From contig JBMSQQ010000019.1 of assembly GCA_049423385.1 (NCBI GenBank), forward strand, positions 1 through 44,044: a stretch of 44,044 bases of DNA, read 5' to 3'. The position numbers and the translations under genes were made by a program. A model generated the notes under the pieces. The model made no database searches. It had not been told where the DNA came from and was given only the letters and a program-made list of their open reading frames with translations. Positions 31,183 to 41,026 of this stretch are shown here, piece by piece. Numbering within the stretch: the stretch's first letter is position 1; each line of letters opens with the position of its first letter. This DNA is from Silvanigrellaceae bacterium (GTDB lineage Bacteria > Bdellovibrionota_B > Oligoflexia > Silvanigrellales > Silvanigrellaceae).

Positions 31183-32290
31183 AATCTTCAACCGAAGACA
31201 AGAAGTCGCGACTGAATTGATCGAATGTGCCAGCTGCTATTTCGCTTCGGCAACGTTCCATCAATCTTTCGTAAAACCAGGTGTTGTGAAAACTCACAAG
31301 CCGCCAGCCGGTGGGCTCATCGCATTTTATCAACTGATGCAAATACGCTCTTGAGTAGCGTCGACATACAAAGCAATCGCACGCTGCATCAATCGCCTCA
31401 TTGGACACGGCATAAGCCGCCCTGCGCAACTTCACTTTTCCTGAAAAGGTGTAGGCGACACCTTGGCGGGCATGATTTGTGGGAATGATACAATCGAACA
31501 TGTCGACGCCTGCGCGAACACTTCTCACCAAATCATGCGGTGTGCCCACACCCATCAAATATCGAGGTTTATGGGTTGGCAACTTGCTCGCCGTAAAATG
31601 GGTAAAATGCTCACGCTCATCATCCGTTTCACCCACAGCCAAACCACCAATGGCATAACCGGGAAAATCAAGTTCACTGAGTGCCTGGGCACTTTCTGTG
31701 CGAAGGTCTTCATAAATCGCACCCTGGACAATTCCAAACAACGCGTTGGCGTGGTTTTTCTGCGCATTTTTGCAACGCTTTGCCCACCGATGGGTGCGCT
31801 CCATTGCCCGTACTGCAATTTCGCGGGAGCTTGTAGAGGGCACGCAAACATCAAGAACCATCATGATGTCGGAACCGATCACTTCCTGGAATTCAATGTT
31901 GCTTTCGGGGCTGAAGAATCGAATGGCCTGGTCGAGATAACTTCGAAATTCAACACCCTCTTCAGATATGACGCGCTGATGTGGGAGCGAGAAAATTTGA
32001 AACCCGCCACTGTCGGTGAGAATGGGACGGTCCCAGTGAATAAGCTTATGGTACCCACCCCTGAGTTTCAGGGTTTCCGCCCCTGGTCGCAGATACAAAT
32101 GATAGGTGTTTCCAAGTATGATCTGCACACCGATGGACTCGAGATCTACATGATCCAGTGCACGAACGGATCCAAATGTTCCAACCGACATGAAAACCGG
32201 TGTTTTGATTGTTCCGTGTTGAGTTGTCAGAACTCCACAGCGTGCGTTTGTGTTTTTGTCACTGGATGAAATTTGAAAAGAAAATGCCAC
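31181..32290 (-). CDS. tgt: tRNA-guanine transglycosylase (queuine/preQ1)
   Basis: TPVFM.VGT, NTYHL, TDSGGFQ, GIVQG, GGLAVGE, YLMGVG, DMFDC, Zn site CDCFVC..H. Confidence 0.97.
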   Translation of the reverse strand: MAFSFQISSSDKNTNARCGVLTTQHGTIKTPVFMSVGTFGSVRALDHVDLESIGVQIILGNTYHLYLRPGAETLKLRGGYHKLIHWDRPILTDSGGFQIFSLPHQRVISEEGVEFRSYLDQAIRFFSPESNIEFQEVIGSDIMMVLDVCVPSTSSREIAVRAMERTHRWAKRCKNAQKNHANALFGIVQGAIYEDLRTESAQALSELDFPGYAIGGLAVGETDDEREHFTHFTASKLPTHKPRYLMGVGTPHDLVRSVRAGVDMFDCIIPTNHARQGVAYTFSGKVKLRRAAYAVSNEAIDAACDCFVCRRYSRAYLHQLIKCDEPTGWRLVSFHNTWFYERLMERCRSEIAAGTFDQFSRDFLSSVED

Positions 32291-32375
32291 GAAGACTGCT
32301 CCTCAACTTGAAGAACGGAAACTGTGGCGCAGGATTTATACGTATTCAACTACTCACCGGCGTGCATGCGCCTGG

Positions 32376-33668
32376 TCAGTCCTGACAACAGGTGTTCTGG
32401 TTGGATGTCTGTAACGACAATGAGTCCATGCGCGCAAGCACACTGCGCTTGAATTCATACTTCACTGCCGCTCTTAAACCCGGAAAAAACTCTCTCCAGT
32501 ATTTGTCGGCAAAACGCGGATTGGTGCTCGTCAACTCGAGAGTCACGGTCGGGACTTGCCGCTCATTGCCAGCAAAATTGCCAAGGGAACCGGGATAGAA
32601 GACAAAGTCCAATACACGGTAGTTGTTGGAATTGCGCGAGACGACATAAGCCAAATCACGTGCTTTTTTCTCATTTTCGGTGAGATTTTTGCGTTTATTG
32701 TCGCCCGGACCGTCGTAGTCGAGAAATCCGAGAGGCGCGTGAATGGAAACGACCTTGTCCGGCATGTAGCGACTCATCAGGTCAACCTGGAACCGCGTAC
32801 CCTCTTCGGTGGCAGGAGATTGCCCTGGAAAATGTCGGGGGTCGGAATTGCGTCGTTGTTTCCACCAGCGTTGAGCTGAATTCCACCAATCCCGCGTTGC
32901 AAAGTTTCTATTCAAATCAACGCCATTGGCATTGGTTCGGCGGGCAGGAAACATGAAAAAGCCATCGGGGTTGACGAGCGGCGCCACAACAACCCGGTGC
33001 TGAGCAAACAAACCATTGTCATTGCGAAGCGCATCCGCAAAGCGGAAAGCCAGATTGATGGGGGTGAGTTCATCCGGATGAACTCCTCCCAAAACCAACG
33101 TGCTTTCGTCGGGGGGGGGCTCGCCGCTGCCCCAGGTCAAACCCGAATAATCCCAATAAATCAATGGATATCCGTTTTCTGAAACGCGATCGTACGTCCA
33201 GGGAAGATTTGAGCAGGGACTGCGTCCCCATCCCAAACTGCGATAGCGTGCGTCGATTTTATCGCACAAATCAGCAATTCTTTGGTTCTTGCGGACTGCA
33301 TCCGCAGCGCCAATGGAATCGAACACGGATATTCCAGGAAGATTGTCAAAGCCGAACAGTCGACGACTTAAATACTGAAAATCATTTATTAAAGAACTCT
33401 CGTTCGATTTTCCAACAACAGAAAGCGGCGTTGAATAACTTTCAGCGGATTCTCCAGAATCGTTGCTGCCCATGGCACTGACGTTCGTTGCCATCAAGCA
33501 GGCGACGAACATCATCTTTGCACCAAAAAACACCGAGCGACTCTTAAACAAATGAATTCTCCTTTTCACACGCCCAAAAGGCGAGTAAAGACCTCGGACA
33601 TGAAGACGCGGACCGCACTTTGGCATCGACGCCTCGGGTTTGCCCGTCGGGTGCTCCAATTCCATCAC
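32376..33668 (-). CDS. M14 zinc carboxypeptidase / murein peptide amidase A-like exported protein
   Basis: GGVHPDE, NPDG, RRTNANGVDLNRNF, SIHAP, YPGSLGN, TLE; start uncertain (signal-like MMFVACLMATNVSA lies downstream). Confidence 0.88.
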   Translation of the reverse strand: MMELEHPTGKPEASMPKCGPRLHVRGLYSPFGRVKRRIHLFKSRSVFFGAKMMFVACLMATNVSAMGSNDSGESAESYSTPLSVVGKSNESSLINDFQYLSRRLFGFDNLPGISVFDSIGAADAVRKNQRIADLCDKIDARYRSLGWGRSPCSNLPWTYDRVSENGYPLIYWDYSGLTWGSGEPPPDESTLVLGGVHPDELTPINLAFRFADALRNDNGLFAQHRVVVAPLVNPDGFFMFPARRTNANGVDLNRNFATRDWWNSAQRWWKQRRNSDPRHFPGQSPATEEGTRFQVDLMSRYMPDKVVSIHAPLGFLDYDGPGDNKRKNLTENEKKARDLAYVVSRNSNNYRVLDFVFYPGSLGNFAGNERQVPTVTLELTSTNPRFADKYWREFFPGLRAAVKYEFKRSVLARMDSLSLQTSNQNTCCQD

Positions 33669-33791
33669 GCAGTGCCAAGAGTTTCAAGCTCATTGCGTCA
33701 AGGCCGAACACAGTTCCCTGTCTTTCAGATATTATCGGATTTTTAAAGACTTTCTGCAGGGAACAAACTGCAGCTGGAGCAAGGTGTCCAC

Positions 33792-34043
33792 ATGAGCAAC
33801 GCAAATTCTGCAACCCAACGTCAGGCGATTCAAAAATTCATCGATGAAAAAATTGCACCCGGGGTTCAGTCCCATGGTGGAGACGTCCTCATCGACGGCC
33901 TTGAGTCCGGTATTTTGACCATCAGTCTTTCGGGTGCCTGTGGCAGCTGCAGCGTGCAAGCTTATACATCCGAATCTATTGCAAATTACATCCTCGAAGA
34001 ATTCCCGGAACTTGACGACGTCGTCGTTCGTGACCCAACATAG
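33792..34043 (+). CDS. NifU C-terminal domain (Nfu-type) Fe-S carrier
   Basis: I.P.VQSHGGDV, LSGACGSC. Confidence 0.88.
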   Translation: MSNANSATQRQAIQKFIDEKIAPGVQSHGGDVLIDGLESGILTISLSGACGSCSVQAYTSESIANYILEEFPELDDVVVRDPT

Positions 34044-34094
34044 GTTCACGCTGCCCATGCCGGGCGACGTTGAATTCGACCCCGGGGCATCCGT

Positions 34095-35729
34095 TTGAAC
34101 GCCATCATACAAATCCTCGAACAACTCTTGGCTGCGGTGCCCCAGGACCAGTGGCACTCACAGAGATTTTATCCTTTTCCAAATCCGCCCTCGGGACCCA
34201 TCACCCTGTTTGATGCCTGCGTCTTTCAGCATGGAGCATCCGGCGCATTGGGAATGGCCTGGCTGAGTTGTCCTGGATTTCAGGAACTGCTCACTTTTCC
34301 TTTTCGCATTTCACGCTACAGCCAGGACGGTGATTTGATTTTTTTGCCGCCCTGGAGTCTTCGCGAGGCGACTGCCGATGCGGATTTTTATTCGACGTGG
34401 AAACAGGCGGCTCAAGCGACCGGGCGACTGCCAACAGTCAGGGGCGGCGCATTGCATTCACGACAATTCGAAGCCCAATCGAGTTTCAACATCATCAACC
34501 TGTGGACGGACAACAAAAACGCCTGCACACGCGTCGAAACGCAGCACCTTTGTAAAATCTTCCGGGTTGCCTCGCCCAAAAACCCATATTCGATTGAAGC
34601 TGAAATTCTCGAACACCTGACCGCGCAAAACATGTTTCTTCAGCACCCCGAGCTGACGACACGTTATGACCTGCATCCTGTCAATTCGGATGGCAAGGGA
34701 ATTCCCGTGGCAATTGTGACCCGATACATCCAAAGCAATGCGAAACTCTGGCAAGAGCTCAGTGCAAAAATCCAGCACGCCCGATACCCCGAAACCATGC
34801 GGGAATACTCATCGAGATTGACCTGGTTCTCCATTCTTGAAACGATAGGAAAATTGGGAAGACTATTGGCGGAATTCCATCTCGCAATGACCCACAGCCG
34901 CAAAAACCCACTTCTGAGTCCTGAAACAAACGTGGGCGAGGCCAAGGAAAAATGGTTGGAGACACTTCTCCACAAACTCAACGAACGGATCTATTTTATC
35001 CGGAATATTGAGCCTTCACAGGGAATTTCTCCGCAAAACTTCAAACGCCTGGCTGATTATGCGCATGACTTGTTTGAAAGAATAAAACAAACAGAGCATC
35101 TGGGACTTTTGATTCGCACACATGGACACGCCCACCTGGGCCAGGTGTTGATGAGTGACGATGGTCTGTATTTGGTGAACTACGAAACCGACAGTCTCGA
35201 CGATGAAGAATACAGGCTTCAAAAACAGTCTGCACTAAAAGACCTTGCAGCAATGATGGTCAGCCTTCAATTTGCATGGTCGACGACCGAGCGAAACGAA
35301 AGCCTTCCAGTCTTCAGCGAAATATTGTCGCCCGACAGCGAATACGGCCAACATGTGATTCGCAAGCTTGAAAAATTTTCAGAACCCCAAAGGTACACCC
35401 CCAGCCTGATCGAGCTGGAAAACGCGTTGGCCCGCTCCTATCTTCTCACAATCGCGGAAGATGCTTCAGGCATCGAATTGCTGCCTCAAAAAAATTCAGA
35501 CATCGAGAACCTTTATGATTTTTGCTTTCTTCTGAGAATTTTGAAAGAAACAGTCCGGGACCTCCGGCAGCTCAATCCCCGATTCAAAACCGACCTCAAG
35601 ATTTTGATGGATCATGTGGACGGCAAATTGAAACGTCCCAATTTTGAGGCCTTTTTCAATTCACCAGCCCGATTCAGTTTGTCGATGGAAGTTGAACCTC
35701 CATATGGCGTCGACCCGGAATTTTCCTGA
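34095..35729 (+). CDS. Maltokinase (Mak/Pep2)-like phosphotransferase-fold protein, catalytic motifs degenerate
   Basis: LCKIFR, IEAEIL, LGRLLAEFHLAM, IRTHGHAHLGQVL, LVNYET, KQSALKDLAAM align by eye to the maltokinase motifs KLFR, HGDYHLGQVL, DFEG, SPLRDVAGM. Confidence 0.75.
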   Translation: MNAIIQILEQLLAAVPQDQWHSQRFYPFPNPPSGPITLFDACVFQHGASGALGMAWLSCPGFQELLTFPFRISRYSQDGDLIFLPPWSLREATADADFYSTWKQAAQATGRLPTVRGGALHSRQFEAQSSFNIINLWTDNKNACTRVETQHLCKIFRVASPKNPYSIEAEILEHLTAQNMFLQHPELTTRYDLHPVNSDGKGIPVAIVTRYIQSNAKLWQELSAKIQHARYPETMREYSSRLTWFSILETIGKLGRLLAEFHLAMTHSRKNPLLSPETNVGEAKEKWLETLLHKLNERIYFIRNIEPSQGISPQNFKRLADYAHDLFERIKQTEHLGLLIRTHGHAHLGQVLMSDDGLYLVNYETDSLDDEEYRLQKQSALKDLAAMMVSLQFAWSTTERNESLPVFSEILSPDSEYGQHVIRKLEKFSEPQRYTPSLIELENALARSYLLTIAEDASGIELLPQKNSDIENLYDFCFLLRILKETVRDLRQLNPRFKTDLKILMDHVDGKLKRPNFEAFFNSPARFSLSMEVEPPYGVDPEFS

Positions 35730-35851
35730 CGTTGCGCCAGCCGAATTAGCCAGCCAAACGATTTGACAGGTCGAACTGCTTTGACAATACTGCCGCCCAC
35801 CTAGCGGCCTGGTGATCGGACTGTGGTCGAAATTCAAGAAAGGAATGCAGC

Positions 35852-36277
35852 ATGGAACTGACCTTCTCAATCATCAAACCCGATGGTGTACGCCGCAATC
35901 TTGTTGGCAAAATCTTCAACATGATGGAATCTTCCGGTTTGCGCATTGTCGCAACCAAAATGATCCACATGTCACGCCGTGAGGCAGAACAGTTTTACGC
36001 TGTGCACAAAGAACGCCCATTCTTTGGCGAACTGTGCGACTTCATGTGTTCTGGGCCCGTTGTGGTCTCGGCTCTTGAAGCACACGACGCGGTCGTCAAG
36101 TATCGTGAACTGATGGGAGCGACCGACCCAAAGAAGGCAGCCAAGGGAACAATCCGCGCTGAATTCTCTGAAAGCATCGGCGAAAACACCGTCCACGGTT
36201 CCGACTCAAAGGAAAACGCAGCAATCGAGCTCGGATTTTTCTTTGCCGGTACAGAGCTTGTCAATCGCGCTCGCTAA
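35852..36277 (+). CDS. ndk: Nucleoside diphosphate kinase
   Basis: [34 protein letters not shown]. Confidence 0.98.
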   Translation: MELTFSIIKPDGVRRNLVGKIFNMMESSGLRIVATKMIHMSRREAEQFYAVHKERPFFGELCDFMCSGPVVVSALEAHDAVVKYRELMGATDPKKAAKGTIRAEFSESIGENTVHGSDSKENAAIELGFFFAGTELVNRAR

Positions 36278-36322
36278 CGTAAACTGGCTGACTGCGGTGC
36301 CTTCCGCAGACGAGTGATGAGG

Positions 36323-36360
36323 GAGGGGGGTCTACAGCAAAGACTTCCCTCTTTTGTTTT
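36323..36360 (+). terminator. Intrinsic terminator after ndk
   Basis: GAGGGGGGTCT-ACAGCAA-AGACTTCCCTC (11 bp, two G-U) followed by TTTTGTTTT. Confidence 0.75.
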
Positions 36361-36381
36361 CAAGGAATTTTTCTGAGAGAG

Positions 36382-38826
36382 ATGACCATGGCGAACAAGG
36401 ACATTCTTTTAACTCCCGAAATCGTGATCGAAATTTCAGCCGAGCTTGGACTCGCCAAGACACCGGTTGAAAACACCTTGAAACTCATCCTCGACGACTG
36501 CACGGTGCCGTTCATTGCCAGGTACCGCAAAGAAGCCACGGGTGGACTCGACGAAGTCCAGATTCGCGACATCCGTGACAGGTTCGAGTACGTCCTCGCA
36601 CTCAACGAGCGCAAAGAGACCATTCTCAAATCCATCCAGGAACAGGGAAAGCTTACCCCGCAACTGGAAACCAGAATCAAAACCTGCAAGGTCAAATCCG
36701 AACTCGAAGACCTTTATCTGCCGTTCAAACCGAAGAAGAGAACCCGGGGTCAAATCGCCAAGGAGCGTGGACTGGAGCCACTGGCATTGGAAATCCTCAA
36801 GCAAGACCCCGCTCTCGAGGATCTCGTCAGCCTTTGTGTTTCATACGTGGGTCAACATCCGGAAGTCACCACCCTTGAAATCGCGATTCAGGGCGCCAAG
36901 GATTACATCGCAGAACAAATCTCGGAGCGAGCAGACGTGCGCGGCGAATTGCGCCAATGGATCCTCGACAACGCGACGTTTGTCTCGCTCGTGCGTGACG
37001 ACCACAAAGACAAAAAAACTAAGTACAACAATTATTACGACTTCAAGGAACCGGTCAAATCGATTGCTGCTCACCGCTTGATGGCACTCCGCCGTGGTGA
37101 GAAGGAAGAAATTCTGAAAGTGACGGTTGATTATGACATCGAAACCGCACTGGCTCTCGTTTCAAATCGAAGCATCGAGAGCAAAGCTTCCACGCCTGTC
37201 AAAACACTCATGACCGAATGCATCAAGGATGCTTTCAATCGACTTTTGGCGCCCAGCATCGAAACAGAGCTCCGATTGGAAACCAAAAACCGCGCAGAAG
37301 AAGAAGCCATTTCGGTGTTCGCGAAAAACCTGCGCTCGCTTCTGTTGCTCCCGCCAATTCCTAAGAAAATCGTCCTTGGTGTCGACCCTGGGATCCGGAC
37401 CGGCAGCAAGCTGGTTGTGGTCGATGAAACAGGGAAGCTCCTGGACAACGCCACCATATTCCCTGATATCGAACAGCCCGTGACTGCGCCAAAAAACAAG
37501 AATTCAGTCGAAAAATCACTCGATTTCATCAAGCGCTACAACGTCGACTACGTTAGTATCGGCAACGGAACCGCGGGCCGCGAAATGGATGATTTCTTTC
37601 ACCAGATTGCTGAAGCAAACAAGGATCTCAAGATCAAGGTCCTGGTCGTGAACGAGGCAGGGGCGAGTGTGTACTCGGCCAGCGATGTTGCGCGCGACGA
37701 ATTTCCAGATCTCGACCTCACATATCGCGGAGCTGTAAGCATTGCGCGCCGCCTGCAAGACCCGCTGGCGGAGCTTGTGAAAATCGAGCCCAAGAGTATC
37801 GGCGTGGGTCAATATCAGCACGATGTGAATCAGAGCCGACTCAAAAAACAACTGGATGAAGTTGTTGAAAGCTGCGTGAACTACGTGGGCGTCAATCTGA
37901 ACACCGCGAGCCCGAGCCTGCTCTCATACGTCGCCGGCATTGGCCCGACGCTGGCCAAAAACATCGTTCGACATCGCGAACAAAAAGGCATCTTCAAAGA
38001 CAGAACCGCCCTGTTCGAAGTCATGGGCTTTGGACCAAAGGCATTTGAACAGGCGGCCGGCTTCCTTCGCATTCCCGAGGCAGCCAATCCCCTCGACAAC
38101 ACCGCCGTTCACCCCGAAGCATACAACGTGGTGGAACGCATTGCAGTTGATCTCAAGAAATCACTCAATGAATTGATTGGTCAACGGGACGTGCTGAATA
38201 CTCTCGACCTCAAAAAATATGTAACAGATGAAATCGGTGTTCCGACTCTTCAGGACATCGTCAAGGAGCTTCAAAAACCGGGACGTGACCCGCGTGAGGA
38301 CGGGGTCAAGCACACTTACAACCGCGAAGTCCGGGACCTCAACAGCCTGCAAGAGGGAATGGTGTTGTCCGGCACTGTGACAAACGTGACGAACTTTGGT
38401 GCGTTCGTGGACATTGGCGTCCATCAGGACGGCCTGATTCACATCAGTGAATTGTCGAACCAATTCGTGAAAGATGCCTCAACCGCCATCGCGGTTGGAG
38501 ACCAGGTGAAGGTCAAGGTGATTGGTGTCGACAAGGAGCGCAAGCGCATCAGCCTCAGCCGCAGGGCAGTGGAAGAGGGCGTTGCCGGAACCTTGGGTTC
38601 ACCGCGTCCTTCACAGCGGGCGGGAGCATCCTCGGCATCTCAGGCAGGCCAGCCCAGACCACATGGCGCTTCAGGAAACAATGGCAATCGCCCCTCAGCT
38701 GCTTCCAGCTCGAGTCCTTCACCCCGAAGAGCAAATGGCCCTGGCGAACGACCAGCACCAGCACAGCAATCCGCTCCAGCTTCGTTGCAGGATTTATTGA
38801 ACAAGTTCAACAACAAGAGACTCTGA
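36382..38826 (+). CDS. tex: Tex (YhgF) transcription accessory protein
   Basis: TVPFIARYRKEATG, LEDLYLPFK, GVDPGIRTG, EAGASVYSAS, SIGVGQYQHD, S1 domain FGAFVDIGVHQDGLIHIS; low-complexity C-terminal tail. Confidence 0.97.
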   Translation: MTMANKDILLTPEIVIEISAELGLAKTPVENTLKLILDDCTVPFIARYRKEATGGLDEVQIRDIRDRFEYVLALNERKETILKSIQEQGKLTPQLETRIKTCKVKSELEDLYLPFKPKKRTRGQIAKERGLEPLALEILKQDPALEDLVSLCVSYVGQHPEVTTLEIAIQGAKDYIAEQISERADVRGELRQWILDNATFVSLVRDDHKDKKTKYNNYYDFKEPVKSIAAHRLMALRRGEKEEILKVTVDYDIETALALVSNRSIESKASTPVKTLMTECIKDAFNRLLAPSIETELRLETKNRAEEEAISVFAKNLRSLLLLPPIPKKIVLGVDPGIRTGSKLVVVDETGKLLDNATIFPDIEQPVTAPKNKNSVEKSLDFIKRYNVDYVSIGNGTAGREMDDFFHQIAEANKDLKIKVLVVNEAGASVYSASDVARDEFPDLDLTYRGAVSIARRLQDPLAELVKIEPKSIGVGQYQHDVNQSRLKKQLDEVVESCVNYVGVNLNTASPSLLSYVAGIGPTLAKNIVRHREQKGIFKDRTALFEVMGFGPKAFEQAAGFLRIPEAANPLDNTAVHPEAYNVVERIAVDLKKSLNELIGQRDVLNTLDLKKYVTDEIGVPTLQDIVKELQKPGRDPREDGVKHTYNREVRDLNSLQEGMVLSGTVTNVTNFGAFVDIGVHQDGLIHISELSNQFVKDASTAIAVGDQVKVKVIGVDKERKRISLSRRAVEEGVAGTLGSPRPSQRAGASSASQAGQPRPHGASGNNGNRPSAASSSSPSPRRANGPGERPAPAQQSAPASLQDLLNKFNNKRL

Positions 38827-38848
38827 GACGAGATTGCGGGAGATTTCA

Positions 38849-39742
38849 GTGAGCGGAAAAAAAACATTTTTGGGTGTGATTGGTGGCTCGGGTCTTTACG
38901 ACCTCCCTGGTCTCACGGACATTCGTGAACATTCGATTCACACCCCTTTTGGAATGCCCAGCGACAGCATCATCACTGGTGTGGTCAACGGAAGACAGGT
39001 CGCATTTCTGCCACGTCACGGCAAAGGTCACCGGTTCACTCCCTCGGAAGTCAATTATCGGGCCAATATCTATGCCCTCAAGACGCTGGGCGTCACCCAT
39101 ATTCTGAGTGTCAGTGCGGTGGGAAGCCTGCAGGAAAAGTATGCGCCCGGAACAGTCGTGGTGCCGAATCAGATTCTCGACAGAACCACAGCCACCCGCG
39201 AGCGAACTTTTTTTGGCAAAGGAGTGGTTGGCCACGTCAGCCTGGCTGATCCTTATTGCCCACAACTTCAAAAAATCGCTTTCGAAGCCTGCACGAACGA
39301 GGGTTTGGCAGCATTTCACGAAGGAACTTATGTTTGCGTGGAAGGCCCTCGTTTTTCCTCGCGCGCTGAAAGTCATTCCTTTCGCCGGGATGATTGCGGA
39401 ATTATCGGCATGACCGCAATGCCCGAAGCTTCACTGGCTCGTGAGGCGGAAATTCCTTACTGCACGCTCGCATTCGTCACAGATTATGATTGCTGGAAGG
39501 AACACGAAGAGGCCGTGTCTGTTGATGCGGTGCTTGCAGTGTTGAAAAAGAACGTCGATGCATCCAAACGCATCGTCCGAAATGTTCTGACGGCTCTGCC
39601 CGAATTCTCAGACAATCCCATTTTCAACGCTGCCCGGTTCGCGTTGATGACATCTCCAGAAATCATTCCACAAGAGACCAAAAGAGCTCTCTGGCCCTTG
39701 TTTGGGAAATACTGGGGCGGATCTGACGACAGGAATCACTGA
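38849..39742 (+). CDS. mtnP: S-methyl-5'-thioadenosine phosphorylase
   Basis: GVIGGSGLY, LPRHG..H, NYRANI, SAVGSL, EGPRFSSRAES, GMT..PEA.LAREA, VTDYDCW; GTG start 38849. Confidence 0.93.
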   Translation: MSGKKTFLGVIGGSGLYDLPGLTDIREHSIHTPFGMPSDSIITGVVNGRQVAFLPRHGKGHRFTPSEVNYRANIYALKTLGVTHILSVSAVGSLQEKYAPGTVVVPNQILDRTTATRERTFFGKGVVGHVSLADPYCPQLQKIAFEACTNEGLAAFHEGTYVCVEGPRFSSRAESHSFRRDDCGIIGMTAMPEASLAREAEIPYCTLAFVTDYDCWKEHEEAVSVDAVLAVLKKNVDASKRIVRNVLTALPEFSDNPIFNAARFALMTSPEIIPQETKRALWPLFGKYWGGSDDRNH

Positions 39743-40599
39743 TGAGCAAACGGCGGAGATTGTTTTCAACGGAATTGCAAAACGATCTTCATCTTCATGT
39801 GATCCCGGGTTTTCAAGACAATTACTTTTACGTGCTTGAAAAACGCTCCACAAAAGAGTGTGCTGTTGTCGATCCCGGAGATTTTGCACCCGTTCATTCA
39901 TTCATTTCCGGATCAGGTTTGATCTTGAAGAGCATACTGCTGACCCACCACCACCGGGACCACACGGGCGGAGTTGAATTTCTAGTCAAATCATCGGCGA
40001 ATCCACCGGTCATCTTTTGTTCGGAATGGATAAACATTCGCGACTCATGGTCGCCTGCGTCGATTGAGAGAGTTACACCTTCAGCAAAGCCAAATGAATC
40101 TGTTTTGGGCTTTCCCCTGAGAGTCTTGGACGTACGTGGCCACACACTGGATCACATCGCGTTCGTCATCAGCGATAATGGCGACGACGCCGTTGTGCGG
40201 GATGTGTTTGTCGGTGATGCCCTTTTTGGTGCTGGTTGTGGGGGTTTGTTTGAAGGAACCCATGAGCAAATGCTCAGTGCTCTTAAAAACCTGCGGCAAC
40301 TTCCCGGGCACGTCAGAGCGTGGTGCGCTCATGAATACACCGTCAAAAACCTTCGGGTTGCCATACAACTTCAGGAAAACAACCGGAGTCAATTCAATCG
40401 ACTCGAACGACTGGAAAGCGAACTGGTGGCCGAGGCCCTGCAGCCCCATGAGCTCATCACAATTCCACTTGAAATGGCAGAAGAATTTGCCACCAATCCG
40501 TTACTTCGTTGGGACCAGCCTGATCTGCAAAAAGCCATTGACACGGTTGGCGATCTTGCAACATTCACGTATGTGCGGAAGTTTCGCGATCGCTTTTGA
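39742..40599 (+). CDS. gloB: Hydroxyacylglutathione hydrolase (glyoxalase II)
   Basis: DNY, VDPG, THHHRDHTGG, GHTLDH, GDALFGAGCG..FEG, CAHEYT, E..TNP.LR. Confidence 0.9.
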   Translation: MSKRRRLFSTELQNDLHLHVIPGFQDNYFYVLEKRSTKECAVVDPGDFAPVHSFISGSGLILKSILLTHHHRDHTGGVEFLVKSSANPPVIFCSEWINIRDSWSPASIERVTPSAKPNESVLGFPLRVLDVRGHTLDHIAFVISDNGDDAVVRDVFVGDALFGAGCGGLFEGTHEQMLSALKNLRQLPGHVRAWCAHEYTVKNLRVAIQLQENNRSQFNRLERLESELVAEALQPHELITIPLEMAEEFATNPLLRWDQPDLQKAIDTVGDLATFTYVRKFRDRF

Positions 40600-40633
40600 A
40601 CTCTCGTTCTCCAGTGCAAGGATTTCTTCAAAA

Positions 40634-41026
40634 ATGAAAAGCCTCTTTGAGTCCGTCCGCGTCATCAAATGGCCCCACAAAGAACAGCCAACCGAGAAAA
40701 CCGTTGCTGAAGAGATGCAGAAGCATGGTTTCAAGGTTTACGATCTTCAGACAATACCACCTTGGTTTGAGCGCTCACTGCATTCGCACGACTATGATGA
40801 AGTTCGTGGAGCGGTGGCGGGCGTCACGACATTCCATTTCGAGGAATTTCCCGTCACTATTGAAGCGGGTGATATTCTTTTCATCCCTGGTGGAATTCCA
40901 CACTCCGTTCGCAGCCACAACGGTCATTCATTCACAGCCTACAAAGGCTCGCGCACTGGTGAACGAAGCGTCACGGAGCATGCAGACGGAAAAGGCAGCA
41001 TTGAAGATCTCGCAAAAAACAAATGA
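40634..41026 (+). CDS. Small cupin-domain protein
   Basis: HSHDYDEVR...G...F and AGDILFIPGGIPH cupin motifs; C-terminal part of track ORF 40136..41026. Confidence 0.85.
   Translation: MKSLFESVRVIKWPHKEQPTEKTVAEEMQKHGFKVYDLQTIPPWFERSLHSHDYDEVRGAVAGVTTFHFEEFPVTIEAGDILFIPGGIPHSVRSHNGHSFTAYKGSRTGERSVTEHADGKGSIEDLAKNK

Noticed and set aside
40136..40633. N-terminal 166 codons of the 296-aa track ORF
   Set aside because: Overlaps gloB in another frame and looks non-protein-like; the cupin starts plausibly at ATG 40634
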